NCBI GenBank assembly: GCA_977016875.1
Contig: CDRNST010000101.1
Coordinates: 310,001-374,000, forward strand
Source of the DNA: Pavona decussata
Taxonomy: Eukaryota
Length of the DNA: 64,000 bases
Direction: 5' to 3'
Below the pieces are notes generated by a model. It was not told where the DNA came from. It saw only the letters and a list, made by a program, of their open reading frames with translations, and searched no databases. Below are positions 62,846 to 64,000 of this stretch, piece after piece. A program made the translations under genes and the position numbers. Position 1 is the first letter of the stretch; the number at the start of each line of letters is the position of its first letter.

Positions 62846-64000
62846 TTATATTAATATTGCTTTGTGATAAATAGTAAAATAGATGTTTCTTAATTTTTTA
62901 CATTGCAGTGAAACAATAGTATCGAATAATCTATTTACAGTTATCCATACTGTGTTAGCATCTTGAAAATCAAAGTTATAATTTATTTTTTGATTACTTA
63001 GAAGTGTTATAATAATTGTGTCTGTGACTCTTTCATAAGTTCTTCTCATAAGTCTTATATCTGTGATCCATATTTTTTTTATCGAATCTGAGATAAGCGC
63101 CTTTTGTGACGAAATAACCATTATGTATAACATCTCCGAAAATCCGAACTGGTCCATTTTTTTTTCTGTAGAAATTGTAAATTTACAGCTTCTTTATCAT
63201 CTGTAGGATCAGCCAAATTTACGATCCTATTATTATTCATATTAATATCCACCTGCATTTTCATCTTATTATTTTCGAAATCAAACATCTCATTTTTCAA
63301 CCCATCATAAACCCTTGGATCTACACTATCACTCCATCCTTTGATTCCATAAATAACCAAGTATCCTTCTGGGTTCTGGACTACAGCTGTACCATGAATT
63401 TGCAATGTTATACGATCAGGTGTGTTTTTGCTGTTGTTATTTATCTGAACAAGAAGTTTGCCGTACGTGTCGAATGCTCGGTAGACCTGTTTGTGAATAT
63501 AGACAGTTGTTCCAACAGTAAACAATGATACATTGGTGGATTCAGGGAAATAATACTCGAATATCATTGTGAACGTACCAATGGGTAATGGATAAATGTT
63601 GAATGAGATACCACTTCGATAATCATTAGACCCAGAGTCCTTAGTCATTGTGATAGAATATGCTTACTTATTTTGGTGAGCTGATTCTCTGAAATTGTTT
63701 TCAAACCCATTTACCCTGATATTATATTCTGAAGCTGATTCATCTGTATCGTACAGGTATTTGAATTCGTTTGTTTTGTGACTGCTAACCAAATGTGATT
63801 CAGCAAGTTTATCTTCAAAATACTTTTTATTTACACCGTCTTTATCATTGGTTGGCTTTTCAACATTTATCAACTTATGATCATTCAAATTTAAATCAGC
63901 AGTCATTGAATTGGTCCCATCTCTTCTCAGGAGGTTGTTAAAAGTGGTATTAACTAAAGTTGAAAAAGTATTGATAACATAGTTATCTCGATTGTCAACA
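62846..64000 (-). pseudogene. Fibre/adhesin-like repeat protein, broken by one stop and a poly-A frameshift
   Basis: MTADLNLNDHKLINVEKPTNDKDGVNKKY and MQVDINMNNNRIVNLADPTDDKEAVNLQF; ORFs starting at 63906 and 63648 are in frame across a TAA at 63664; A10 run at about 63157-63166. Confidence 0.6.

Larger units (their letters stand above)
59498..64000. mobile_element. Left arm of a Polinton/Maverick-like endogenous DNA virus (continues beyond window)
   Basis: Abrupt AGTAGT terminus inside the CR1 ORF1; structured terminal region; dense, intronless, AT-rich ORFs with virus-like motifs. pPolB, integrase and capsid genes are not in this window. Confidence 0.75.

Overview
AT-rich eukaryotic genomic DNA; the repeat families suggest a cnidarian, probably a stony coral (inference). 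I found no intact host gene: the window is a nested pile of mobile elements. From left to right: a compact full-length Ty3/Gypsy (1410-5662, 114-bp LTRs, GATTC TSD); an intron-rich THAP-Kolobok transposase inserted in a tRNA-SINE; Harbinger Myb and transposase remnants; CR1/L2 and Penelope 3' ends; Academ-family pieces (a 9-bp-TSD non-autonomous element, an AcademH helicase and a split AcademX transposase). Next is an IS3EU-like DNA transposon carrying a spliced CUE+HECT ubiquitin-ligase gene, itself interrupted by a full-length BEL/Pao (30858-38096). Then come a full-length Gypsy with a MYND finger at the start of Pol (40712-47811), L1/Tx1 LINEs and a Sola3 with ~820-bp TIRs. Finally, a CR1 esterase ORF1 is cut at 59498 by the left arm of a Polinton/Maverick-like endogenous virus. 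That arm encodes a poxvirus VLTF3-like late transcription factor, a two-TM protein and fibre-like repeat proteins. Family names come from motifs recognised by eye, not from database searches.
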